DNA of 64,000 nucleotides from Pecten maximus (Eukaryota): NCBI RefSeq assembly GCF_902652985.1, contig NC_047028.1, positions 15,376,001 to 15,440,000 of the forward strand, read 5' to 3'. Shown piece by piece: positions 51,816 to 64,000 of this stretch (position 1 is its first letter; each line of letters starts with the position of its first letter). The notes under the pieces were generated by a model. It saw only the letters and a program-made list of their open reading frames with translations, ran no database searches and was not told where the DNA came from. The position numbers and the translations under genes were made by a program.

Positions 51816-52549
51816 CTTCAGACGATCGTGTGTTGGTTGACCTGAAAATGGTACCACATCGTCTCATTACTCGATTGTTTGAATATCTATTACGATGCTT
51901 TTGAAAAATATTTGATTCCTTCATTAAAAAAATTGGCCTGTTGTCAATTATTTTATACACATTCGATTGTTTTTCTGAAAGTATTGTATTTTTACTTTTG
52001 ATTGTCCGTATTGCTGAAATTAGTCAGCAGTTAGTGTTCAACATCTTTACAAACATCAATTAAAGGAACTATATAATCTCACCAACGAACCAATTTGATC
52101 ATAATTGGATGCTATTTTATTGAAGTGCTCACTAGTATGTGTATAAATTATCAAATATGTAACAAAGACCTCTTCCACGGCTTGCTAAGTGTATCTCACC
52201 AGAAGTTTAAGACAGTTGTCACTATTTTATGAAATTACTATGATAACGTTTCATGCCGTCACATAAGCTTATATTCTTAAGAGAATGAGCTAGGGTAAAT
52301 ATGAACTCAAATATTCGGCTAATTATTGCATAATAAAAAAGAGATCAATTTTGTCAACAATCTTCAACACAAAAATGGTACACATTATCATGCCATAATG
52401 TCATTGTTACCGTAGAGACACATATACATTGTCTTCCGGTTCCTGTGAACCCAATTTTGTATGGCACAGTATGTCAAGTAACGTCTTTTTTACAGTTACA
52501 TATTTGTAATAATAAATACTAACAAGTAATAATTGTTATTGGAAACCAT

Positions 52550-53300
52550 TACAGAAGTCCTCAAAACGCCCCCGCAGTCGTACCATTATGTTCGGCATAC
52601 CTCAATATCTCTATATACAGAATTTCATTGAAATCAAAACATCTAAATTTCTGCCAATCAGAAGCCTTCGTATGGTTGCTATGGCAACGATCCCATTCAG
52701 TTGATTTTGCTGTCCTCTAATACCCTTACATACCCAATTTCATAAAATCAGACAATAATCTCAATTTGGACCAATCAGAGGCCAGAAAATGGCTGCCATT
52801 TTTTTAAAATATGAAAGTAATGTAACGAGGGTGGCCGGTGTCCTATGATGTACCTACATACCAAATTTCATCAAAATCAAACAATATGTAAATTTGGACC
52901 AATCAGAGGCGTGGAAATGGTGACCATTTTGTTAAAAAGTGAAAGTGAGGTTACGAGAGTGACCGGTGACCCATTATGTACATACATACCAAATTTCATC
53001 AAAATCGGACAATATCTAAATTTCGACCATTTCGTTTCCATGGCAACACAGGTTTTTGAAAGTGGTACTATTGTGTCTTCCCTCAAAACTCCTATATACC
53101 AATTTATTGCCAAAATCGGACAATATCTAAATTTCTGCCAATCAGAAACCCCGCCATGGCGGCCATTTTGTTTACTTGATTTCGAAAGAGGTCTATTGCA
53201 CCCCTCCTAACTACCCCTATACTCGTGCAAAGTTTCATTATAATCCGACAAATAGTTTTTGAGAAAAAGTGCGGACAAAATTCCACGGCGGCAGCAGAAG
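52550..53300. mobile_element. Non-autonomous repeat with internal ~120 bp tandem units (Helentron/HINE-like)
   Basis: Recurring cataccaaatttcatcaaaatc..aatttggaccaatcaga..atggc units ending in a gcggcagcagaagaag microsatellite. Classification is tentative. Confidence 0.55.
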
Positions 53301-53589
53301 AAGTGGTTATTCATTCGGAGAATCGCTGGTGTGTTTACAGGCAAGTACTTTCACTTTCGATATATACGCTATATAGCATGTCATGTCTCAAGTATAGAAG
53401 TATAGAATTTCATCAGGTGCAAAACGCAAAAAAAAAAGATAATTATTAAATAAATCAACGTAATTCAAGATTTATCATAATAATTATATCTTTCGGTATC
53501 TATCGGTTTCTCAACAAAACGTTTCTTGGCGTTTCTGGAGTTAACACTACGAGAGCCTGTATGTCAACTTCCCAAAACATCCGCCACGG

Positions 53590-53727
53590 GAAGGGGGCAT
53601 TAAACCACTCACCTCGTATTTTACCTGGGGTTACATGGCCGACCCTCTGGCCGACACTCTATCCGATCCTCTGGCCGACCCTCTGGCCGATACTCTGGCC
53701 GACCCCGTGACTGAGCTATCGCTGCCC
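53590..53727 (-). mobile_element. Degenerate SINE head with expanded ggccgaccctct repeats (paralogous to 62985-63253)
   Basis: gactgagctatcgc end shared with the SINE at 28340-28602. Confidence 0.55.
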
Positions 53728-55754
53728 CTGTATGGTTCTGGATGTACACTTGTATGTTCAGTTATACATTAATCCCTTGTTGCGATATACATTAGGGGAC
53801 ATACAATACCAGATATGTCTCTGACAATACTTGGTAGGAACCAAGACTTAATTCCGGCTTTATTCCATTGAAAATCAGGCTACAGTATCAGTTGATAAAA
53901 TACTACATGGTACATATCCACTTCCAACCCTATGTGACCTGAGAATTTGTTTTGTCAGTCTGTATTTTTACCTACTTTAGTATGTACGTACACGTTCATA
54001 GCTAAATGATTATTATGAAGATCTACATTAACTTTGATATATTTATTGGTTTTATAATGAATACAAGTTTTAGTATATATATTACTCAATTTATTCCACG
54101 CACCGGTTATCATATTTCACAGAATGTTGTTTAGGTACTTTCGTTTTCGATATGTGAGGTATAGAAACCTACTTTTTGAAAGCATACAGCAGGTTTAAAT
54201 AAATGCATGGATCAATGCACATATACAGCCTTATACGAGACAACATATCAAATGAACAATACCTCGGCGTCTAGTTACCTTCTTTTCTGCACGTATTGAC
54301 CTGTACCGTTAGGTGCATACAGCAGGTATGTATATGTTACTTCCCTGTATTGAAGAGTTTTATAAATATCTCTGTCATTTGACCAGTATCCGAAGACACT
54401 ACTGAAAACGCATAATGACTTACCAATACTTACTAATCACAGAATAACAGCAAGCACAGAGCAGGCAATGTTATACTGCCTTTTATCAGGTAGTTGTATT
54501 TACTGGCATTGATCCCTGTCTGTGGACGACGACAGTACCTCACTACCTGGACGAGTGTTGATTGTTATTGACGTAATCAGAAAGGTATTTCTCACTCATG
54601 TTAGGGTGGCAGTGATTGGCTCGACTTGAAGTAGGCGGAGTTAGAATTAAACGTTGTCAACACCCGAAAATGACAAATAAATTCGACACTATAACATAAA
54701 TCAACAGTATCATCAGCAGTACCAATAATTAGCTATGTTTAAATCAGAATAGGACACATGTTAAAACATTATACAGTGTATTTACAAAAAAATTATATTT
54801 CAAGCATGTTAGGGATAATATTAGTCCATTTTTCCAGAGTTCAATGGAGAATTGTGCACATGTTAATTGTTTTTATTTTAAGATACAATATAATAAGTAA
54901 CGGTTAACTGCAGCTAAGAAATACAAAATTTAATTTTTCTTTCTTTTCCGACATAGATGCAGCTACATAATCGAGTTTTTCTTACTTTCTTACCATAGTC
55001 ATTCTACATCGAGTAATACTATTCGCACATGCAAAAATGTGGCAATATTTTTTAAAAACGATCATTACTTAAATTAATCTCCACGTGTTACATATGTATA
55101 GTTTCTTTTCGGTAAAAACCGCAAGGCAGCTCAATGGTACAAACATATTGGAAGTAACCTTTCTGACCTAACGTTCCAGTGCGCGAATACTTCGTTAAAT
55201 TGAACAGTTTTTAAAAATTTGTAGCAAGTAGTACAGTTTACTTCTATATGGGGACCTTGGTATGTATAAAATTGTATGATTCTATTTTATTCATCACCGT
55301 GTAAACCAGTACGCCGGAAATTGGTACTAAAATGTGACAATAACTGCATACAGTGTAAATACAATGTATATAAAATACTACAAATTTTCACCAAATCTAC
55401 CATTGTGCCGTTCGTTTACCTTAGTAACAATTCCCGGTGTACAAGTATACACAGTGTTCATACGTTGTGTTCTGTAGAAATCTGACCAATCACAAACGCC
55501 GTTTTCTATGTCCTTTGGTTTGTTTGGCAATATGTCAGATAACAAAGCATTCCGACAAATGGCCGTAGTCATCTTGGAATACGATTTTATTTTTTACAGA
55601 AGAGAAGAGCTACATTCATGAGAAACATTCTAATTGGTCGATGGAAATATTAACATTCATGCCAAACCGAATGTTTTTAAGCCATTGTTTCTACTTCATG
55701 GTCAAACACAGTTGGGTCCGGCGATGGTAATTTGTGTGATAGTCACAGGTCAAT

Positions 55755-58575
55755 AAGGTCTCCAAAATGTCTATCCATCCCTTTATAAGGTCTCCAAACT
55801 GTCTATCCATCCCTTTATAAGGTCTCCAAACCGTCTGTCCATCCCTTTATAAGGTCTCCAAAATGTCTATCCATCCCTTTATAAGGTCTCCAAACTCTCT
55901 ATCCGTCCCTTTATAAGGTGTACAAACTGTCTGTCCATCCCTTTATAAGGTCTCCAAACTGTCTGTCCATCCCTTTATAAGGTGTACAAACTGTCTGTCC
56001 ATCCCTTTATAAGGTCTCCAAACTGTCTATCCATCCTTATATGAGGTCTCCAAACTGTCTATCCATCCCTTTATAAGGTCTCCAAACCGTCTGTCCATCC
56101 CTTTATAAGGTCTCCAAACTGTCTATCCATCTCTTTATAAGGTCTACAAACTGTCTGTCCATCCTTTTATAAGGTCTCCAAACCGTCTGTCCATCCCTTT
56201 ATAAGGTCTCCAAACTGTCTATCCATCCCTTTATAAGGTCTCCAAACTGTCTGTCCATCCCTTTATAAGGTCTCCAAACTGTCTATCCATCCCTTTATAA
56301 GGTCTCCAAACTGTCTGTCCATCCCTTTATAAGGTCTCCAAACTGTCTATCCATCCCTTTATAAGGTCTACAAACTGTCTATCCATCCCTTTATAAGGTC
56401 TCCAAACTCTCTATCCATCCCTTTATAAGGACTCCAAACCCTCTATCCATCCCTTTATAAGGACTCCAAACCCTCTATCCATCCCTTTATAAGGTCTCCA
56501 AACTGTCTGTCCATCCCTTTATAAGGTCTCCAAACTGTCTGTCCATCCCTTTATAAGGTCTCCAAACTGTCTGTCCATCCCTTTATAAGGTCTCCAAACT
56601 GTCTATCCATCCCTTTATAAGGTCTACAAACTGTCTATCCATCCCTTTATAAGGTCTCCAAACTCTCTATCCATCCCTTTATAAGGACTCCAAACCCTCT
56701 ATCCATCCCTTTATAAGGACTCCAAACCCTCTATCCATCCCTTTATAAGGTCTCCAAACCGTCTGTCCATCCCTTTATAAGGTCTCCAAACTGTCTGTCC
56801 ATCCCTTTATAAGGTCTCCAAACTCTCTATCCATCCCTTTATAAGGTCTCCAAACTGTCTATCTATCCCTTTATAAGGTCTTCAAACGGTCTATCCATCC
56901 CTTTATAAGGACTCCAAACTGTCTGTCAATCCCTTTATAAGGTCTACAAACTATATATATCCATCCCTTTATAAGGTCTCCAAACTGTCTATCCATCCTT
57001 ATATGAGGTCTCCAAACTGTCTATCCATCCCTTTATAAGGTCTACAAACTGTCTATCCATCCCTTTATAAGGTCTCCAAACTGTCTGTCCATCCCTTTAT
57101 AAGGTCTACAAACTGTCTATCCATCCCTTTATAAGGTCTCCAAACTGTCTATCCATCCCTTTATAAGGTCTCCAAACTCTCTATCCATCCCTTTATAAGG
57201 TCTACAAACTGTCTATCCATCCCTTTATAAGGTCTCCAAACTGTCTATCCATCCCTTTATAAGGTCTACAAACTGTCTGTCCATCCCTTTATAAGGTCTC
57301 CAAACTGTCTATCCATCCCTTTATAAGGTCTCCAAACTGTCTATACATCCCTTTATAAGGTCTACAAAATGTCTATCCATCCCTTTATAAGGTCTACAAA
57401 CTCTCTATCCATCCCTTTATAAGGTCTCCAAACTGTCTATCCATCCCTTTATAAGGTCTACAAACTCTCCATCCGTCCCTTTATAAGGTCTACAAACTGT
57501 CTATACATCCCTTTATAAGGTCTCCTAAATGTCTATCCATCCCTTTATAAGGTCTACAAACTCTCCATCCGTCCCTTTATAAGGTCTACAAACTCTCTAT
57601 CCATCCCTTTATAAGGTCTCCAAACTGTCTATCCATCCCTTTATAAGGTCTACAAACTCTCCATCCGTCCCTTTATAAGGTCTACAAACTCTCTATCCAT
57701 CCCTTTATAAGGTCTCCAAACTGTCTATCCATCCCTTTATAAGGTCTACAAACTCTCCATCCGTCCCTTTATAAGGTCTACAAACTGTCTATACATCCCT
57801 TTATAAGGTCTCCAAGCTCTCTATCCATCCCTTTATAAGGTCTCCAAACTGTCTGTCCATCCCTTTAAAAGGTCTCCAAACTGTCTATACATCCCTTTAT
57901 AAGGTCTCCAAACTGTCTGTCCATCTCTTTAAAAGGTCTCCAAACTGTCTGTCCATCCCTTTATAAGGTCTCCAAACTGTCTGTCCATCCCTTTATAAGG
58001 TCTCCAAACTGTCTATCCATCCCTTTAAAAGGTCTCCAAACTGTCTGTCCATCCCTTTATAAGGTCTCCAAACTGTCTATCCGTCCCTTTATAAGGTCTC
58101 CAAACTGTCTGTCCATCCCTTTATAAGGTCTCCAAACTGTCTATCCGTCCCTTTATAAGGTCTACAAACTGTCTGTCCATCCCTTTATAAGGTCTACAAC
58201 CTGTCTGTCCATCCCTTTATAAGGTCTCCAAACTGTCTATACATCCCTTTATAAGGACTCCAAACTGTCTATCCATCCCTTTATAAGGTCTCCAAAATGT
58301 CTGTCCATCCTTTTATAAGGTCTACAAACTGTCTGTCCATCCCTTTATAAGGTCTACAAAATGTCTATCCATCCCTTTTTAAGGTCTCCTAAATGTCTAT
58401 CCATCCCTTTAAAATGTCTACAAACTGTCGGTCCATCCCTTTATAAGGTCTACAAACTGTCTGTCCATCCATTTATAAGGTCTCCAAACTGTCTATCCAC
58501 CCCTTTATGAGGTCTCCACGCTGTCTATCCATCCCATTATTTGGTCTCCACGCTATCTGACCAGGCCTTTATAAG
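55755..58575. repeat. 32 bp minisatellite, roughly 88 copies
   Basis: Unit aaggtctccaaactgtctatccatccctttat with point variants. Confidence 0.97.
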
Positions 58576-60427
58576 GAGCCCACGCTGTTTGTATACTCCA
58601 TGCTAACTGCCCCCCTCCCCTTTGTATTAAGTCTCCATGCTGTTTGTCTCTAAAAAAACTGTCTTGAAACGTTTGTCTGTATTTGTGTACCTGAGATAAC
58701 AATTGTTGTAAGGTTTCTATTTTTTCTGGAAATATGTCACTATTTGATTTATATTTACTTGATCGATTTATTAATGTAAATGAAACTAAAGCGAAACTTT
58801 ATTAGTTCGCTTATATAATCAGTAACTCGCCTATAGCGAGGTCTCGTTGCGTGCTTTTTTTATTGTATGTTTAATTTGCTTGCTGGGTTTATCGCCAAAT
58901 GCTTTAATCTTTTCAAGTCAAATATGTTAAATGCTAAAAAAAATCTTCATCTCAATTTATACTGATATCCTGGCCTAGTTCTAGAAAATAAACAGATTTT
59001 TTTCCCCAAATGTTCTATGACTTGTTTACGGTCTACAAGAATCCACAACCTACAAGTGTTACGTGCATACATTACGTTCTTAGCTAATATAGAAAATGAC
59101 CAGTTTCAGAACCAGAAAAAAATATTATTAACATATAAACAAGGATATTTTCCGTACAAATGTTTATCATAATATACACTTTCAGTAGACTTTGCGGTAC
59201 AAATGTTTCCGTTCACCAAAACACACATCTGAAATAGTATATCGTCATCAGGAATTCATTGACATTGGTGGTCATGATAGGGAAATTCTACGGAAGCCTA
59301 TGCAGCTAGTGACCGAGAAAAAACGCAATTATACGTCAAACCCCTATTGATAATTAGAGGATGAAGGTCGCTATTACACAATTGTACGTCGTACTTAAAT
59401 ATTTGAGTCGTATATATGTTTCCGTATGTTTTAAACCACTGTATCTCTAAGCGTAGATGTGGTACGAAACATTTTGTTCTTAAATCTATAAATTATCAGA
59501 TGTAAAGTCTAATCCAAATATGTTTCTTACTGCCTATAGAATAATTGTTTGATATTTGCAGACATCACATTAACACCATGACTAAGCTACCCCCTATAAG
59601 AATCACAAATGGTACTTATTGTTAAATTAAAAGCAAAGCCGCGTGACTTGCATCGCTGCATTTAGAGGTAACGATGAGTTAGGATTAACTCGCTTATTTT
59701 GAAAGTAAATAAACACAAAAAATCGAAATCAGGACGCGTACAATGGTATTTATGCATTTACTGAACCCGCAAACGACGGAAGCTCTCAGTAGTGACTCCT
59801 AATGTTGTTAACAACAAGTTGCTTTAAACCTGCTTTAATCCATGTCAATGAAACCCTGTACAGTACAGGTGTCACTTACAATTGTTTTTACTAACTAAAT
59901 GAATTTCCAGTAGTTACCGAAAGGATGACATAGAGTTGGGGGTATCGCGAGAGATTTAGTTTGATATATTCACGGTCAGATGTTTTTTTTTTTTTTTTTT
60001 TTCTTTCTTTCTTCTTTAAATAGTTTGAACAAAGGTCATATAGACAAGGAATCTTTAATAATCCATCCTTGAAAATGGCCCAAAAATACTTCAGGGTAGG
60101 AACAGAAATATAGGGTCGGTAGGGTCAGGTAGACACAACAATATAGGGTCGGTAGGGTAAGCGGAAACTCGGGTATGTCTTAGGCCTTACTGCGCGAAAT
60201 TTGATACCCGCAAAGTTGTTCTGACCGCGACAACCGTAAAATATAAGCCTCGTGAAATTTATTTTATTCATTTATTATCCAATAGTTACCTTTAGGATAT
60301 GCTTAAGATAAGAACTTTTTGACACTTGGAAATACAGAAGACGTTTTCCAAGCTTATGAAGCTGGGGCCTCAAAGAATTTTGTTCACCGGAAGTGATGAT
60401 GTTTCACCGGAAATTATGATGTGTAAT

Positions 60428-62411
60428 TCAGTAGAGCTGATATACATGTATATTGTTCCTATCTTGTGATGATTGATTCGTAACTACGAGTTTGTCCCCA
60501 CAAACAGATATAGCCCTGGGCTTGTCGATACCATCCTGTGACGTCAGAAGTTCTCTGATCCTTGTCCCACATGTAGACATTTGTACAACGTTGTTGGACT
60601 CGTAACCGCAGACGTACATATTCCCCTCACGGTCTATGTCTATTCCCATAGCCCCTTTGACTAAACCGACACGCATTACGCATGCCTGCACACCAATAGA
60701 CATTTCGATAACCACAACGTCATCCGCTCCAGACTTTGACAGACTGGCGAATACGTCTTTTCCGTTTGGACTCAAGGCAAGGTGGTAGCACTCTCCGGGT
60801 AATGTGTCAAATTTAGCTGCTTCACCTTTCATTCCTACTCTATAAATGTCTTTTGGCGTACTCACCATGAATTTTCCATTGATAAACGCTATACCATAGC
60901 ATGTTGTTGGCATCTGTATAACAGTCGACAGTGTCAGCACAGAGTCTTGTACTTTCACGACGTGTATGCCGATTTGGTCAGTAGATACAGCAACAGCTAC
61001 TGTGCAGTCATCCACTAAACACACATCATGTGGATATCCACTAATTTTAAGAACATCCAAACACTGTCCTTGAGAAGAAAACAACTTCAGATTATCATTT
61101 TGATGATCACTTATAATAATGTTGCCGTTCGACATCACCGAAACTCCATGAACAGTACAATCATTTTCCTCTGACGTAGCCTCGATGCTACATTTTCTTA
61201 ATTTCCTGACGCGACTATTCGATCGAATGACATTGTTTTGAACGTACTCAATCCCGTCAGGTATGGGACACGGTTTCTCCCATACAAGTATTCTTCCAAG
61301 TGACAATGGGCTTGCCTGGTCGATTGTGACGAGACTAGGATCAATATCGTGTTTTATACTGACTGACTTGGAGGATGATATGTCGTCGATCAGATCGTTA
61401 CACGCCCCAATCTCTGTCTGACTGCGATTGTACAGTTGTATCATCTCGTTGTGATCATTTATCCGAGCTGCTGTCCTGGACGCTTCTCTTGTATTCTGAA
61501 TGGAAGTCCGGAGTCTACTACACTTCTGTTTGGACACATCAAACCTAGCTTTTTCATCTTTGCATTTTGATATTAACTCTTGAGTTATCTCCTCCTGTTT
61601 CTTGTCGAGATGGATGTTGATTCTTTGCCGTAGGTCTGAAATGCTGCTTAAGCCATTATTTTGGTCTTGCTGCCTAGAATCAGCCATGTCGTCACAAGCT
61701 TTAGCCATCAGTTCCATACAGTTGAACGCCTTTCCGAGAGACTCGTCCATGTCTTCTAGTCTGGAGTTTTCCTTCTGCATTTCAAAATACTCCTCGGTTG
61801 TCATTACAACACTGCAGCGTCGATGCTCTGCGAAAATGCATCGGTTGCATCCTATCATTTTATGATCTTCACAGTACCAGTCAATTTTCTCTTTGTGCTT
61901 GGAACATGTCTTTGATAAAGGTTGATCCCTTGCCATGTCATCGATAGTTATAATATCACATACTTTGTGAAATAGATCGTGTACATTCATCTTACAGAAA
62001 TCACAAAACAACATTCCATTTGGTTTACACAAATGCTTCGCTGGTGTTTCAATATTTTTTGTCCTTTTACAAAATCCACAAAACAGTCGCGTACCTGAAA
62101 CGTCGGTATGAACGAGGCTGTTGACTGGAAACTGCCGTGCCCAAGTCTCCTTACTCTCAGAGGGATAGACTGGATGATGTGATCTTCCTACAGACAGGAC
62201 AGGGGAATGAGGTCGCGGCGGCCATCTCACCTGACAAGTCTGTGACGATGTAGGTACCGAGACATTCCTCACAGAAGGAATGTAAACAGGGAAGAGACTT
62301 CGGTTGTTGCATCTGCTCCAGGCAAATAGGACATTCGAGAAGTCGACAGGCGGATAACTCAGTGTTATCATTGTTACATTTCTTTTCATGTGGAGGTCCA
62401 CCTTCCGCCAT
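60428..62411 (-). pseudogene. TRIM-like E3 ligase 3 with a 1 bp frameshift just after the RING domain
   Basis: RING in ORF 62157-62456 and the rest in ORF 60428-62401. Extra A at ~62174 (gactggatgatg versus gactggtgatg in the paralogs). Otherwise intact. Confidence 0.85.
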
Positions 62412-62984
62412 CTTTTTTTTACGTTCCTGTGTAGGTTGATCTGGAAATGGTATCACATTGTCTCATTACTCTAGTTTATGATTATTTGGTACGATTATTT
62501 AAGTCATTAATTTGGAAAAATGCTTTATTTTATTCATTATGGAATCGGGTTGTCATTTATTTTATACATATTCGATTTTTTTTTCTGAAATCGGTGTTTG
62601 GTTATCCGAAAGTAGCTGAAACGCTGAAATGATTACCATTCAGTGTTTAACATAGCTCTTAACAAACATCCATAACAGCAACTTTGACATTTCAACCACG
62701 AACCATTCTGATCATAACTGATGCTATTTTGTTCGAGGTTACAGACAACTCACTAGGTATGTTTATAGATTACCAAAAATATCTCATGAACAGCCTTCAC
62801 TAGTTTTTCAAAATTAGTTTTGTAACAACGTTACATGCTGTCAAATGATTAGATATGTAAGAGTATGCGCTAGTTTAAAATATGCAGCTTACATTATAAA
62901 ATCAACTACAACACAAAAAATAGTGTAAAACTTTAAGACACGTTTTCATAAACCAGCCCTACGATCGTTTGGTTACGGTTGTTT

Positions 62985-63253
62985 GGTTGATCGCCCCGTG
63001 AACAGCCAAAGTCATTCTGACACGGAGGTCTTCTTGCAGTAGCTGTTCGCTACCTCACTTGAACCGTCATATGTCACCCACAGCAATTAAGTCTTTCATA
63101 AGGATACAACCATAGCAGCATAGACCCGTCTGATAAATGCAAACCGCTACAAGAAGAGGGCGTCAAACCACTCACCTCGTACTTTACCCGACATAACGTA
63201 GCCGACCCTCTGGCCGACCCTCTGGCTGACCCTCTGACTTAGCTATCGCAGCC
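62985..63253 (-). mobile_element. Degenerate SINE related to 28340-28602
   Basis: atcgccccgtgaacagcca..cattctga at one end and agctatcgcagc at the other match the intact SINE. Confidence 0.6.
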
Positions 63254-63567
63254 CCCGTATGGTTATAGATACACAGCTATATATTGATCTCTTTTGGCGC
63301 TGTATATTAAGGGTGGTTACAATACTTAGAAACAACCAAGATAATACATGTAGTTGGATTTATTCCATTGGAAATCAAGTTAATTATCACGTTTTTGAAT
63401 ACTATATTATGTATATCCGATTCCTTCCCTAAGGGACTTGATAATTTTAGTTTGTGTTTATTTTGACTTGCTATAGTGTATACGTACGCGTTCATAGCTT
63501 AACGACTATCATGATGATTTATATTTTGATATCTGAGTCTATATTATAATTTAAAGAAGTTTTAGTA

Positions 63568-64000
63568 TACTGTAAATCACTTATATTTCGCAAGTACTTA
63601 ATTTCGCGAACTCACCTCATTCGACTTATTCGCGAATACATAATTTCGCGAATTCTGATCCCAAAATGACTTTAAATTCGCGAATGACGTTAACATGTCG
63701 GCGATATTTCCATGTAGAGAGTGAAGTGAGTTGTTTTCGATGTAAATAAAACTATCACGTCCGTTCATATATAGTGTTTTATGATATAAAATTACACTCT
63801 GATATAAGTATATAATTTATCATTCTATTATTACTTTAACGGCGATGTCTGTTCACCATCTAAAGATTACAGTATATACAAAATGGATGCCACTTATTCT
63901 TGTCATTCTTATATAAATATTCGCGAGGGATTTGAATTCGCGTTCACTCTTCTCGCGAATTAACGCGAAAATAAATCCCACGCGAAATATACTGTAAATC
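63568..64000. mobile_element. MITE with tactgtaaat terminus and ttcgcgaa subterminal palindromes
   Basis: tactgtaaatcacttatatttcgc start; multiple ttcgcg/cgcgaa motifs; a second tactgtaaatc start at the window end. Confidence 0.65.

Overview
AT-rich eukaryotic genomic DNA, most consistent with a mollusc (probably a bivalve; inferred from repeat and gene content). Host genes are all on the minus strand. There are two tandem intron-containing SLC22 organic-cation-transporter-like paralogs: gene B is complete (8 coding exons, ~554 aa) and gene A runs off the window start. There are also three single-coding-exon TRIM-like E3 ligases (RING/B-box/coiled-coil/beta-propeller), the third frameshifted. 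Between and inside them lie several LINE (CR1/L2-like) insertions, one with a 2A/StopGo motif; a DIRS/PAT-like tyrosine-recombinase retrotransposon; a degenerate Ngaro-like element; mariner, Penelope-like, SINE and MITE relics; and four minisatellite arrays. The most notable patterns are: (1) minisatellites in the SLC22 genes whose repeat units are copies of the genes' own splice junctions; (2) a YR retrotransposon whose gag ORF appears to be built from spliced exons, with in-frame phase-0 acceptors in front of gag, pol and YR; (3) a ~4 kb direct duplication flanking a short LINE like a giant target-site duplication; (4) near-identical RING-coding DNA in otherwise divergent TRIM paralogs. All calls were made by eye, without alignments or database searches.
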